Positions 12,901 to 39,228 of a DNA stretch of 64,000 bases are shown here, one piece after another. The DNA lies in assembly GCF_964188315.1 (NCBI RefSeq), contig NC_135656.1, positions 111,662,001 through 111,726,000 of the forward strand, given 5' to 3'. The notes below the pieces were generated by a model. That model worked only from the letters and a program-made list of their open reading frames with translations, did no database searches and had not been told where the DNA came from. The stretch is from Podarcis muralis. Lineage: Eukaryota. The position numbers and the translations under genes are program-made. Positions within the stretch are counted from its first letter, which is position 1, and each line of letters opens with the position of its first letter.

Positions 12901-13793
12901 TTTTAACCAGTAAAACTAACACAATAAACTCCACATCTGAATGCAGCCCTTGTATTAAACTCATGCCTAACACTATGTAAAGGTAAAGGGAACCCTGACC
13001 ATTAGGTCCAGTCGTGGCCGACTCTGGGGTTGCGGCGCTCATCTCGCTTTATTGGCCGAGGGAGCTGGCATACAGCTTCCGGGTCATGTGGCCAGCATGA
13101 CTAAGCCGCTTCTGGCGAACCAGAGCAGCGCACGGAAATGCCGTTTACCTTCCCGCCAGAGCGGTACCTATTTATCTACTTGCACTTTGACGTGCTTTCA
13201 AACTGCTAGGTTGGCAGGAGCAGCGGGAGCTCACCCCGTCACGGGGATTCGAACTGCCAACCTTCTGATCGGCAAGTCCTAGGCTCTGTGGTTTAACCCA
13301 CAGTGCCACCCGCGTCCCCTATATACTTAGGCTTATATTCTCTTGGCAAGTCTCTAGCTTTCCCTCTTGTCCGTCTGCTAACATCATAGCAATGGTTCTT
13401 GTTCATGCAAATCAGTATGACAAGAGATGCGTAGTTGATCTAACTCAGGCATCCTCAACCTTCAACCCTCCAGATGTTTTGGACTACAATTCCCATCATC
13501 CCTGACCACTGGTCCTGTTAGCTAGGGATCATGCTAGTTGTAGGCCAAAACATCTGGAGGGCCGCAGGTTGGGGATGCCTGATCTAACTCTTCATTTCTC
13601 TTTCCAGGTAGCGTTCTCCTTTAACGCCCAAGATATGTTGTTGGAAGTGTTCAACCGGCCAATTGTTAGACTCCCAACCCCACCGGGAATGAAAGTGGTG
13701 GAGCACCTCGCTGTAACTGGTGATATCGACGTTAAGTCCATCTCATTCAGCAATCTCTTTCTTGCCCCTGGAAATGGTAACTTTTTAAAATGA
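9930..13793 (+). CDS. Divergent galectin-1-like (prototype galectin) protein, about 136 aa
   Basis: Exons 9927-10003 (QMVARLNLKAGERIEIKAKVAREAK), 11262-11412 (RFTLHIGQNASNPLLQFNARFKTFNGDRVVVFNSDMGRERDLLLDLELFVT) and 13608-13793 (VAFSFNAQDMLLEVFNRPIVRLPTPPGMKVVEHLAVTGDIDVKSISF..*). GT/AG sites and phases 2 and 0 match LGALS1 structure. AATAAA at 13957. Exon 1 unresolved (candidate TATA near 9212, donor at 9277). Confidence 0.82.
10929..11170 (+). mobile_element. Tc1/mariner MITE family A
   Basis: Near-complete copy in a galectin intron. Confidence 0.8.
11965..12560 (-). mobile_element. L2 LINE 3' fragment
   Basis: Reverse strand encodes ..LVISHLDYCNALYVGLPLKVTQKLQLIQN..; L2 3' UTR present. 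Confidence 0.88.
12978..13319 (-). mobile_element. Sauria SINE
   Basis: Consensus match. Confidence 0.88.
13446..13581. mobile_element. hAT MITE (hairpin)
   Basis: TIRs CAGGCATCC.CAAC / GTTGGGGATGCCTG; perfect 8-bp TSD ATCTAACT at 13438-13445 and 13582-13589. Confidence 0.9.
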
Positions 13794-14037
13794 CGACGTG
13801 ATCTTTGATTCTTCCCATTAGTTCTTGCGGTGGTTAGTATGCAATGTAAGTTTCTTTAAAGAAAGCCGAAGCAGATTTAGCCATGTGAAAGACTTGGGAA
13901 GTAGCAATGGGCTGTATACTTGCTGACTTTTGTTACCACTGTTGCTTTTATTTTGGAATAAAGCTGCTCTTCTTACTACTCACTGCCTTGATTCTTGGAT
14001 ACAACAATTCTGTTGGACGACTATTGCTCAACTTCCA

Positions 14038-14252
14038 ACAGGTTACATACGCTTCAGGTTACATACACTTCAGGTTACACACTCCGCTAACCCAGATATA
14101 TTGCTTCAGGTTAAGAACTTTGCTTCAGGATAAGAACAGAAATCGTGCTCCAGCGGCGCAGCAGCAGCAGGAGGCCCCAATAGCAAAAGTGGTGCTTCAG
14201 GTTAAGAACAGACCTCCAGAATGAATTAAGTACTTAACCTGAGGTACCACTG
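14038..14252 (+). mobile_element. Tc1/mariner MITE family A, left-truncated
   Basis: Internal sequence and right TIR match family A. Confidence 0.75.
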
Positions 14253-14350
14253 TATTCCACAAGCTTTGTTTTCCTCTCTAAACGCCATGCCACCTGGGAC
14301 AACGCCATGTTTCTGACGAGGCCAGTGATAAAAGTTCAGGATTCAGAATA

Positions 14351-14591
14351 CAGTGGTACTTCGGTTTACAAACTTAATCTGTTCCTGAAGTCCATTCTTA
14401 AACCAAATCTGTTCTTAAACCAAGTAGTGCTTTATCTAAGGAGGCCTTCCGCCGGCGGTGCCCTTCCACCGTTTGGCTTCCGTTCGCAGACTGAGGCAAA
14501 GTTCGCAAACCAGAACACTACTTCTGGTTTTGCAGAGTTCTTAAACTGAATAGTTTGTAAACAAGACTGTTTATAAACAGACGTACCACTG
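14351..14591 (+). mobile_element. Tc1/mariner MITE family C
   Basis: TA-CAGTGGTAC...GTACCACTG-TA. Confidence 0.75.
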
Positions 14592-14649
14592 TACTTGTAA
14601 TGCAAAAGGCTTGATCTCAGTGGTGGCAGGTGCCAAGGGGAATGGAATG

Positions 14650-15206
14650 CCATTATTTTTGCTCTCGTTATCTCCTACTTGGACTACTGCAATGCACTCT
14701 ACATGGGGCTACCTTTGAAGGTGACCTAGAAACTACAATTAATCCAGAATGCGGCAGCTGGACAGAGGTGACTGGGAGCAGCCACCAAGACCACATAACA
14801 CCGGTCTTGGAAGACCGACACTGGTTTCCAGTACGTTTCCGGGCACAATTCAAAGTGTTGGTGCTGACCTTTAAAGCCCTAAATGGCCTCAGCCCAGTAT
14901 ACCTGAAGGAGCGTCTCCACCCCCATCATTCTGCCCAGATACTGAGGTCCAGCACCGAGGGCCTTCTGGCAGTTCCCTCACTGCGAGAAGTGAGGTTACA
15001 AGGAACCAGGCAGAGGGCCTTCTCAGTGGTGGCACCCACCCTGTGGAACACCCTCCCAGCAGATGTCAAGGAAATAAACAACTACCTGAGTTTTAGAAGA
15101 CACCTGAAGGCAAGGGACGTTTTTAATGTTTGATGCCTTATCGTGTTTTTAATACTCTGTTGGGAGCCGCCTAGAGTGGCTGGGGAAACCCAGCCAGATG
15201 AGCAGG

Positions 15207-15248
<42 letters not shown>
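14650..15248 (+). mobile_element. L2 LINE 3' fragment
   Basis: Frameshifted ORF2 C-terminus, 3' UTR and (TAT)n tail. Confidence 0.88.
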
Positions 15249-15250
<2 letters not shown>

Positions 15251-15506
15251 CTGTAATTATCAGTTGCTTACCTCACAAAAGTGACCCCAAGGGGACTGAT
15301 ACAAAAACATTATAAACACTAAAACCAGCATAAACAAGAAGGCAAGGGAGGCCAATGAGCTGACCAACCCTCAGAGGCCTGGGGGACCATTGAAATTGCC
15401 CTATTAGAAGGATTTGTGGCTGATGTTCATCTTAAGGAACTGGGAAGGCCTGAATGTACTTGGGCTCAAGTGGCTTCAGGCTTTATTATATATCATTTAT
15501 TATATA

Positions 15507-15860
15507 CAGTGGTACCTCGCAAGACGAATGCCTCGCAAGACGGAAAACTCGCAAGACGAAAGGGTTTTTTGTTTTTTGAGCTGCTTCGCAAGACGATTTT
15601 CCCTATGGGCTTGCTTCGCAAGACGGAAACGTCTTGCAAGTTTCTTTCCTTTTTCTTAACACCGTTAATACAGTTGCGACTTGACTTCGAGGAGCAACTC
15701 ATAGAACGCGGTGTGGTAGCCTTTTTTGAGGTTTTTGAAGACTTCGGTGATTTTTGAAGCTTTTCCAAAACTTTTCCGACACCGTGCTTCGCAAGACGAA
15801 AAAATCGCAAGACGAAAAAGCTCGCGGAACGAATTAATTTCGTCTTGCGAGGCACCACTG
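15507..15860. mobile_element. Tc1/mariner MITE family D with internal CGCAAGACG repeats
   Basis: TIRs CAGTGGTACCTCGCAAGACG / CGTCTTGCGAGGCACCACTG; TA TSD. Confidence 0.85.
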
Positions 15861-17122
15861 TATCACCAGATCTTTGAACCTGGCCTAGTAGTGACTCAGC
15901 AGCCAATGGGGCTCTCTGAGTAACCTGCTAGAATAGCCTATGGGGTGTGTGTGTTTTATCCATGTCAGTCACTTATGTTTGCAAATGGGTCCATGCCCCT
16001 CCCTGCAAAAAATAAAATAAAGCAATCGTGGCCCCTGGATTATGTAACTTGCATGCACTGTCATATATAAGAGAGACGCCCTCTGACATTTCTGTGTCAA
16101 ACTCAAATGTACGTAAGATAAGATACTATTATAGCAGTGACCCTCACTTTTCCCTGTTGTGGGAAGTAAATCTCCTTATCATGAAACTTAAATGAACTGT
16201 GTCAAACTCGCCAGCAAATCGCTATAAGGCGGGAGTCCTACACAAGAAACTGCACTGCCAGGTACAATCACTGTGACACACAATCTGGCGAATTATGCTC
16301 TAATGCTGTCATATAAATCTGTCTAGCTTTACTCTACTAGTACCTGGCTGGAATATTTGGTCCTAGTTCCCACCAAAAAGACCTTTGAGGCGAGAGTCCT
16401 GTATAAAAATTCCCAACGTCAATTCATTTTGTATTTGCTGACGTCATTTCTTTACTGCCTTAGCTTGCAAACCCTTCCACAGCTGTGTGCAACAATAAAT
16501 ACAAACAAATCATACAAGTGTTTTGTTCTTTTTAGTACCCCTTGGTACCCAAAGCATTGCAACAAAATTTTAAACGACACCAATATTAACAACGTAGCCT
16601 CAAAAAATGAGTAAGGAAACGTAACAGGTGGAAGTGTCTGTGTCGAGCCAAAGGCCTTGTAGGTTGTTTTTTTCTTGTTTTTTGGCTTTTTTAAAGGATG
16701 GCTTTGAAAACCTTTTTTTTAAACTAAACAAGGAAGCTGCCAGAGCATCCTGAGATCGTCACCAGCCCTGCTCAAAGCATCTGTTGGGCCCAGGACACTT
16801 TTCATGTGTGATCATCTATCTTCTCAACCCTGGCCTGTGATCCAGGTCCATACAGGAACCTCTTCGAGCTCTGCACACCACAATGGGTTAATAGTTGAGT
16901 TGCTAGGTTACCCCAGAGCCTTTCTGGCCTGCTGCCTTTGACTCAACCATGGCTGTTCTCCCTTTTGAGCTGGGTTAGACTGACACAAGGGGAGAGGAAA
17001 GGAAGGGGAGAAATCAGGTGCTGATGTCTTGCACCAATGCAACTATAGGTCATATTCACACCCTGCACTGTCCTCCGGCCCGCATCCCATCAACGACGCA
17101 CGTGAGGACGGCGGCCGAGTTG

Positions 17123-31063
<13,941 letters not shown>

Positions 31064-31860
31064 GGCTCCGGCTCTGCATCCGAAGCTCGGATCCACTAAA
31101 ACACACACGCACGCACGCTGGAAATCTATTGGCTACGGCGCGCCAGGCGCCCCTTTCCTGCGGCTACATTGGAGGCGCCGAGAGCAGCCGGCCTGGTCCC
31201 GGGGAATTCCGGGAGTTGTAGTCTCCGAAGCTCCACCCTTTTCCCACTAGTTAATCCGATTCAATTCAGCGCCGCCGAGATGCTGGTGGCGCTGATGCTG
31301 TAGGCAAGCAGCCCTGCCGTTTGTAAGAGCTGCCAAAATGAAAGTTAAGGGAGCGAGCGGTCATTGATCCTGTCATGTTCATGACAAAGAATGCAGAATT
31401 TCCATTGGAAGGGGACGTCGGAGACCATGCAATGTTTTTTTTGTTTTGAAAAAGCAGGTGCATAATAGGTCCCGTTTTCTTCTCTGCCCTGAAATGGCTA
31501 GACACGCTTTCAAGGTGGGACATTAGAAGCTACCCATCAGCTTGCGCAACCGGCAAGGCAATGTGGCACGTTTTCATCAGCCTAACAGAGTTTTAAGGTC
31601 CATTCATAAGTACAGATTCGTAAATATGCTTCAGTTGCAGTTTTGAAAAAGCCTCCGGTTAGAATATCGAAATGTTTATTTATATTATTCGCTTAGCAAA
31701 AACTTATATACCACTTTGAGTGTAATAAGAACTAAGCAACCTACAGGAATTGTTATTAAAATCATCCATAAAAATAGTTGGACACAAATAATTAAAACAT
31801 TTTAAAGATAATTAAAATAACAGTAAGAGATTAAAACATGTCAATGTCTACATGTCTGGG

Positions 31861-32207
31861 TAAAGGTAAAGGGACCCCTGACCATTAGGTCCAGTCGTGA
31901 CCGACTCTGGGGTTGCTGCGCTCATCTCACTTTATTGGCCGAGGGAGCCGGCGTACAGCTTCCGAGTCATGTGGCCAGCATGACTAAGCCGCTTCTGGCG
32001 AACCAGAGCAGCACACAGAAACGCCGTTTACCTTCCCGCCGGAGCGGTACCTATTTATCTACTTGCACTTTTGACGTGCTTTCGAACTGCTAGGTTGGCA
32101 GGGACTGAGCAACGGGAGCTCACCCCGTCGCGGGGATTCGAACCGCCAACCTTCTGATTGGCAAATCCTAGGCTCTGTGGTTTAACCCACAGCGCCACCC
32201 ACATCCC
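31861..32207 (-). mobile_element. Sauria SINE
   Basis: Consensus match; TSD ACATGTCTGGGTA. Confidence 0.9.
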
Positions 32208-33349
32208 AACATGTCTGGGTAGGCTTGCCTTAATAAAAGTGTTTTCAGCGGGTGCCGAAGAGTATAGCAAAGGTGCTGATGTCAAGTGGCAGGGAGTTCC
32301 AAAGTGCAGGTGCTGTCACACAAGATCAATTTCTTATAAGTGCAGAATTCATGTTATAGGGTACCTGTAACAGAACCAGTTCCGCAGAATGAAGTAGCTG
32401 AGTGGATACGTACTGGGTAAACTGTTGATATGTAGAGGCCACAAACAATGCATTTTGCTCCTATTGGCCATTGATTTTACTTTGACATTGTGCTGGTTTT
32501 AACAACATCCATCTCAAAGGTTGGGACATTGTTATTTTTGTTTGCTTTTATATTTGTAAGCCTTTTTGAGAAACTACTGTGTGGAAAGCAGAGTATAAAT
32601 TGTAAAGACAAAGTAAGCTTAATGTACAATGTCCATAAAGCGAGTGATGTCTCCAGGCAGTGTTGAAAATAGCATTCAGTAAAAATGAAGTGGATCCACT
32701 ATGCACTTTGCTATAGCATCACATAGTCTGGATGTGACCTCTGTGTTTGCAAGCATATACACTCCCTCACACACATGTAAAATTCCAGAGTTTAGATTAG
32801 GGACAAGTAAATTCAAGAGCTGATGGGGGGTGATGTGCCCCCCCCCTGCCTAGGTTGCTCACTGACCAAATCCTCCAACAGCGGTAGGGAACCATTTTTG
32901 CCCCACATTGTGCAAGACAGTTAAAGGGCACATTCTGGCTTGGAGCGGGAGCAGTGGGGGACGTGAGGGGAATGCAGAGTAGGGTCATTGAGGAGTGTAG
33001 CCTGGGGACATAGGATGTGGCCTGGGAAGAGTTCCAAGGGCCAGATTGAGAGGCCCCTGGGGCCATATTCAGCCCCTGGGCCTCAGTTTCCCCGCCCCTG
33101 TCCTACAGGCAGTTGACATCTCCTCCAACCAAGCTGCTGAAGGAAAGGGTGAATCCAATCAACAGGGATTCTAGAAAGTTAAGCAGCACATTTGAGAGAC
33201 AGCTACACTGATTTTAACACTGCACGTGTTTCTTCCACTGAGAAAGTTGTTTAGACACTTTGGTGAAATCCACTTCTTTTCTGAAGAGAGTGAACCTGCT
33301 GGAGTCTCTGTTTTTAGCCAAGTGAAGACTGGTCTCCAGGTTTCCATGC

Positions 33350-33507
33350 CAGTGGCGTAGCGTGGGTTGTCAGCACCCGGGGCAAGGCAAGTAATTTGCG
33401 CCCCCTAACCCGTGGATTTGCGCCCGCTAACCCGTGGATTTGCCCTAACCCCAGATGTTGCGCCCGGTGCGGCCGGCCCCCCCTGCACCCCCCATGCTAC
33501 GCCACTG
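33350..33507. mobile_element. hAT MITE
   Basis: TIRs CAGTGGCGTAGC / GCTACGCCACTG; perfect 8-bp TSD TTCCATGC. Confidence 0.88.
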
Positions 33508-34934
33508 TTCCATGCTGACTTGACTGCAAAAAGCGCTAAGTGCCACCCATCAGGAAATGAAACGTTGCCCTAGAGAACTGTGTTGGCCTGTGACACCACT
33601 TCCCATACTGGATTGTCATTTTGAGGTGCAGCACTGCAGGAAATGAAGAGAATTGCCTGCCTTCTTCATGCATGGCAAATTCAGTGCACCTCACATAAAG
33701 CCTGGTATGGGGAGGGGTGGTTAGGGCTGGGAGAAAGCTAGTGATCACTAACAGCATGAGTTGTGCAAGTGTGTAAGGGGAGAGAAGTTGGGAGAAGGAA
33801 GAAACTGCTTAGGATTTCTGGCCAGATGTGAACACAGAATGCTACCAAGTTTGTGCACATGTAGCAGCAGTTTTTAAAAATACATAAAAGCATTACAGGG
33901 TAAGACCACTAAAAGGAAGATGCTGGGAAGAATAGCAAACGGCACAGAGTGTGGAGGCTACTGGAAAACCTTCAACAGACCACACTCATGCTGTGTACAA
34001 TTACTGAGGGGACACTGTAGGCAAATACTGAGTTACAATTATGTATGACTACAGTTAGTAGTTTCTGGATTATGAATTCAGCTCCTACTCAGCGAGTGAA
34101 GAGCACACATATAAAATGGGCTACAAATGAAGACAATCAACCCTAGAAGGCCCCTGAAGTGCTTTTGAGGCATTTTTCCTCCTTCTAATCCACACTCTCC
34201 TGTTAAAGGATGAAGTCTCAGTTACCCAAATTACTTCTGATATTCCCCCTTTTCAGTTAAACACAATGAATATTCCAAGCTCGGTGTAAATTATAGCAAA
34301 CCTCTCTAACCACAGTATTTCCCCAGCATGTGACTTTAAAAACATACGCAGTGATAATTAAGGGGTTGGCTCAAATGTCCTCCCCACCTTAGCACTGAGT
34401 TATCACAGTATATGTGTGTTGTCCACCACAGAAGTCAACATTACACGTATAATGTAGGAGGTGGGAGTCTATCATATTAATTCAGCATTTCCAACTTGTG
34501 ATGCATTTTAAGTGTAAACAGATCCATGTTCCCCACCACTTTCTTCCCACTATTATCTATTTTGTGAAATTTATATATCGCTTAATTGTACAAAACCTTA
34601 AAGTAGTTTATGTAATCCTCCTGCCCAGAACAAAGACAAATCAAATTCTTTTACATTTTTAATGTATTTTATTTTTTAAAAAGAAAAAAAGCCCCACAAA
34701 ATCATGACATTCAAGTTGGTTATTGAATTTTTCTGTCACAGTCTGTGTTTCTGGGAATTAACAGAAATTGTTTATTATTAATTTAAACCACACACCAGAA
34801 ATGAGACTAAAAATCAGGCTGGAGAGTGACAAAGAATAATCTGCAGGGGACTTCATCAAAACAAAGTATGAGCAGCCCTGACTGGGGTAAAGGGAGTTAT
34901 CAGGGAAGGACCCTGAGCACCTGGGTGTAGAAGA

Positions 34935-37900
34935 TCAACGAATAGTTTTGACTGGGCTCTTAAAATTGCTGGCAGCCTGAAGCTGCAGCTGGTAAGCCAT
35001 AGGGTGGATCTTGAATCCGTAAAGTCTGAAATAGAAAAGTGAAGGGTTAAAATGGAAGATTCAGGGAAGAAAAGCTCAAACAGCTACCAGATATTTCAGT
35101 AAAAGGTAGGGATAAACTTTCATTAATTTTCAAACTGAACACCCATTAGGAACACATCACTAAGAGGACAGTGCCAGCCTTGGTGCCCCCCGCCCCGTAA
35201 CTGTAGTGCCCATTTGCTGCCTTCCCTCTCCAGCTGCTTCCCTGTGGCTCATCTCAGCCCACCACCCTGCCCACCCCATCACCCACAGCACTGCCTGCAA
35301 GGCTGTGTGTAGGGAGGCGAAGGCTTCTCCCTATGGATGGGGGGGGGGGTTCCTCTTCAGCATCTCACTCCATCTCATCCAAGAATTGAGATTCCAGCTT
35401 CTTCCTTCTCCCTTTCTGTCTAGGGAGGAGTGGAGGAAGTTTGCCTTCCAACTGCAAGGGCTCGCCTGCCTCCTGTTTCCTTCCTTCTGGCTCTCTTCAG
35501 AAAGGAACACAGACACATACCTGATTCTCATCATTCCCCCCCCCCCCCATTAAAAAACAATAAAAAGTAATGAAATTAAGCAAATGGTTTCTTTGTGGAC
35601 TTCAGACCACGTCACAATTTGTGGGGGAATTGGCGTGTGAGGGAGCATTGTTAAGGGAATGTGAGAAGATGGGATGACTTGCCCTGGATTGTCACTTCTC
35701 CAGATGAATTGCTTATTTATGGGGTGACTAGTCTCTCTTCTGCATAAGCTCCAACCTTGGGAGTACTTTTATTACTCTTCTCCATGGGGAAGTAATGTAT
35801 CTCCCCCCCACCCCAGAAATATTGCAAGTATAAGGCTTCTCCTTATGCTTATCTGGATATGGGGGTGGGGGGTTCCCTCTCCAGCATCTCACTCTTACTC
35901 TTTCAATCTACGCTCCACCTCATCCAGGAATCAACACAAGGTTTGGCTGCTTCTTCCTTCCCACCTCTCTGTCTAGGTAGCAGTTGCCAGGACATCACCC
36001 CATTTGCTTCTACACTGTTCCATCCTTATTTCAGACATTGTGATATATCGGTATATTGCAATGTGTAGCTGGTGTTATATCATGATACTGAAAACCAGAT
36101 ACTGCCCAACCCTACTTCATATGCAAACTATTGGGAGGCAAGCAGCCCAGCCCAACCTGAACAGAGCTGGATACCACTTTTGAGCCAGCCCTGCATCTCA
36201 GCCATCTCAATATCTCCATTCAAGTGATGGAATGGGTAGCAATAAGCTGGGCAGGTCAGCTAAGCAGTGCTGGCCCAGTCAAAAGGCAGTTCTGCTCTCA
36301 GGCTTTCTTTCACCACCAAGGACAACTGAGGTTTCTACTTTGTGGTAGAAACCTTCAGCAAATCCTGTCTCCTTACTAGTAGGAGGATATTTTTGCCAGG
36401 AAGCTGGAATTTTCTTGGTGAAAGTATGTGTGGCTGTGGCTGCATGTGTGAGAGATGACCTCGTGGCTGGGTATGGGTGGCCCTCAAGCAGGTTAGCTGG
36501 AAAGGGTAGCAAGCACCCAATGGAAGTAACAAGAGAAAATGTGGATTTGGTTGGCTGAATTTAAGCAGCAAGGAAGGATAAACCTGTGATCCCAATACTT
36601 TCCTGGAATATTTTCACCTGACATCTTTTGAAGCAGTCTTACCTGGGCACAAATTGGTTAGCAGGTCGTTTCGGCCGATACTCCGGGTGCACCATAAACA
36701 ACATGTGGGGGAAGCCTGTCCCAAAATAGGCCCCATCTGTGTGATGGTGGCGGGAAGATTTGGGGGTGTAGACATCCATGCACTTAGGGCAGTAAAGTTT
36801 AACCATGGCCTCCCCTGGGATATCAGATAAGCCTAGGAGTGAAGAAGAAAGCAAAGTTCAAACAAGAGGTGGCTTTGGGGCTCAGACCCAACATCAAACC
36901 TAAGTGTTGGCAGTTCTAAGATGAGCAGTTTTCAAGCCTTTTAAACAGATAATTCAACAATAAAAATTCTGAAATAGCCTGTTTGCGCAAGTACCCACCC
37001 TCAAGTTTTGATGCTACCTGCAACCCTCCTGGATTCCCTCCAATTAAGTACATCTTTATTGCACTACTCAAGAACTCTGACATGCAATTCAACTTTAGAC
37101 CCCCTCCCATTAGCTCCTAAAAAACCTCTTCCCCAGTACACAAACTCACCAATGGGCAGCATGGGCTGGTTCTCACAATAAACTCGGGGGCAATAACCAA
37201 AGTCTCCTTGCTGGTATTTCTCAAGCTAGAAAAAAGAAAGTGTTTGCAAAAGAAATTAGGACTTCCTCACCACGTTGTGGGAAGACAACTCCAGAGTAAG
37301 ATTGGTTAGGTCAGGAGGTAATCAAGAATAGCCTTTAAGGAGTTCCAAATCGGGTCTATCACTGGCCACTTAGGACAGCCAAGAGAATATTATAGTATAA
37401 GTTAAAGTGCCTTTCCCTTCTTGACTTCATTGCCTCTGATTTCAATGTGGCTATATCAGAGCATTAGCAAATAAGTTACAGGATGACCTGCTTATACAAC
37501 AACATAGACATTCACCATTTGGGCAATTCCACGGTTTGTGAGGATGTAGCGGGCATGGATGAGGCCGTAGAGCATTTCAGCTGCCTGTTCAATCAAGTCA
37601 CTCTGGTTAGGGTTGTCCTCAAGCTCCTCATCTACAAGAGGACAGGAAAAAGTCAAGAGCTAATATAAGAAAAGTACAGGAGAGCCATAGAGACTCTGAC
37701 AGAGATGAAGGTTCCCCATCATGTGCTCTAGTCCACTGCTGAAACAATTGATCATCATCATCATCCCACCCCTCACCCTAAGGACCCAGGGCAGGTTACA
37801 ACGTTAAAACACAGTATTAACAACATTTTTAAACACCTTACAATCACAGAAATAAGGTGGATCAAAAAATTATACACCTCAAATGTCAAAAGCAAGGGTA

Positions 37901-39194
37901 GAAGGATGCATCATCTGATACAAACAGTTTCTAAGACCACATTATACCTAATGCTAGCACTGCACATGTACAATTCTCTCTCTGCCTCTGTATTTTACTC
38001 CCTTTCCTAGCACACCAAATTCTAGCTGTACAACTTAGTGACAAAACATATTCACTAATTTTGCCAGATGTACAGAATAATTAAGGAGGGAAAGTATCAG
38101 AAGTCTTTATCGGTTTCTGATCTTGGCTTCTCTAATAAGACTATGGGTTGTATCTAACAAAGCAACTGCTTGCACAACTGAACTCTCCACTCCCTGCTCT
38201 AGCGGTTCCACCAAACCACACAGATTTGCAGTGTGGGTGGGGAGTGATTCTGTTGTGTGAATGGAAGCAGTTCTGCTCATGAAATGATTTTTCTGGGTTC
38301 AACCCAATGACATCCATGCCATTTATCAGATACATGAAATAGGCAACTTCATATGGAAAGACAGAATATAAATTTAATTAAGAACACATAATCAGGATTT
38401 CCAAAATGTATGGTTTCCAAGGCAAGCTGCTCCACAGAACTGGCCCAATAATTTACATCCTTGCAAATACTTAACCTCTGCTTTTAATGAAGTCTCAGAA
38501 ACTTCAATTCCAAGTCCCCATGTGCACTAATGTTACAGCAGAAAATCAGAGGAGGATTTTGACATTCTGAGCAGTATGCACAATTTTGTTTTAGCAGAAT
38601 ACAAAGAAATATTTTAGAGTAGTATTTAACTAGCCCTCTCTTGATTTGTTTGCCATTTTTTTAACAGGACGTTGTCTCAAATTAATAATCTCACAGACAG
38701 ACATGCTTTCAGAGATCTGTGCTTTATGTAGATAAATAATAATAATAATAATTAATAATAATTTTTTATTTATACCCCGCCCTTCCCAGTTTAAAAACTG
38801 GGCTCAGGGTGGCTAACAGCAAATATAAAACATTGATTAAAATATGACTTTAAAACAACATAAAATACAACATAAAATACAGCATCCATATCAATAAAAT
38901 TCTAAAATACAGGGGTCATTTGGGGGGGGGGACCCAGTCAGTAGACATCAAATGATCACCAGGGATAACTGGCCAAGTTGGTCCTACTAGGGCCAGCAAG
39001 GAGACCAGGGAAGAATTTAAATGTGGGGTCCCAGAAAGGGTTTCTTCATAGAAGAGGAAAGGGAAAAGGGAATAGAGGATCAGGCTAATTCAAACTGAAG
39101 GCCAGGCAGAATAGCTCTGTCTTACAGGCCCTGTGGAAGGAGATCAAGTCCTGCAGCATAAACAGAAGCACCCTGCTGCTGCTGCTGCTGCTGC

Positions 39195-39228
<34 letters not shown>

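Noticed and set aside
31300-34900. LY6G5B expected downstream of CSNK2B
   Set aside because: No Cys-rich LU-domain exons recognised by eye; a very divergent copy cannot be fully excluded.
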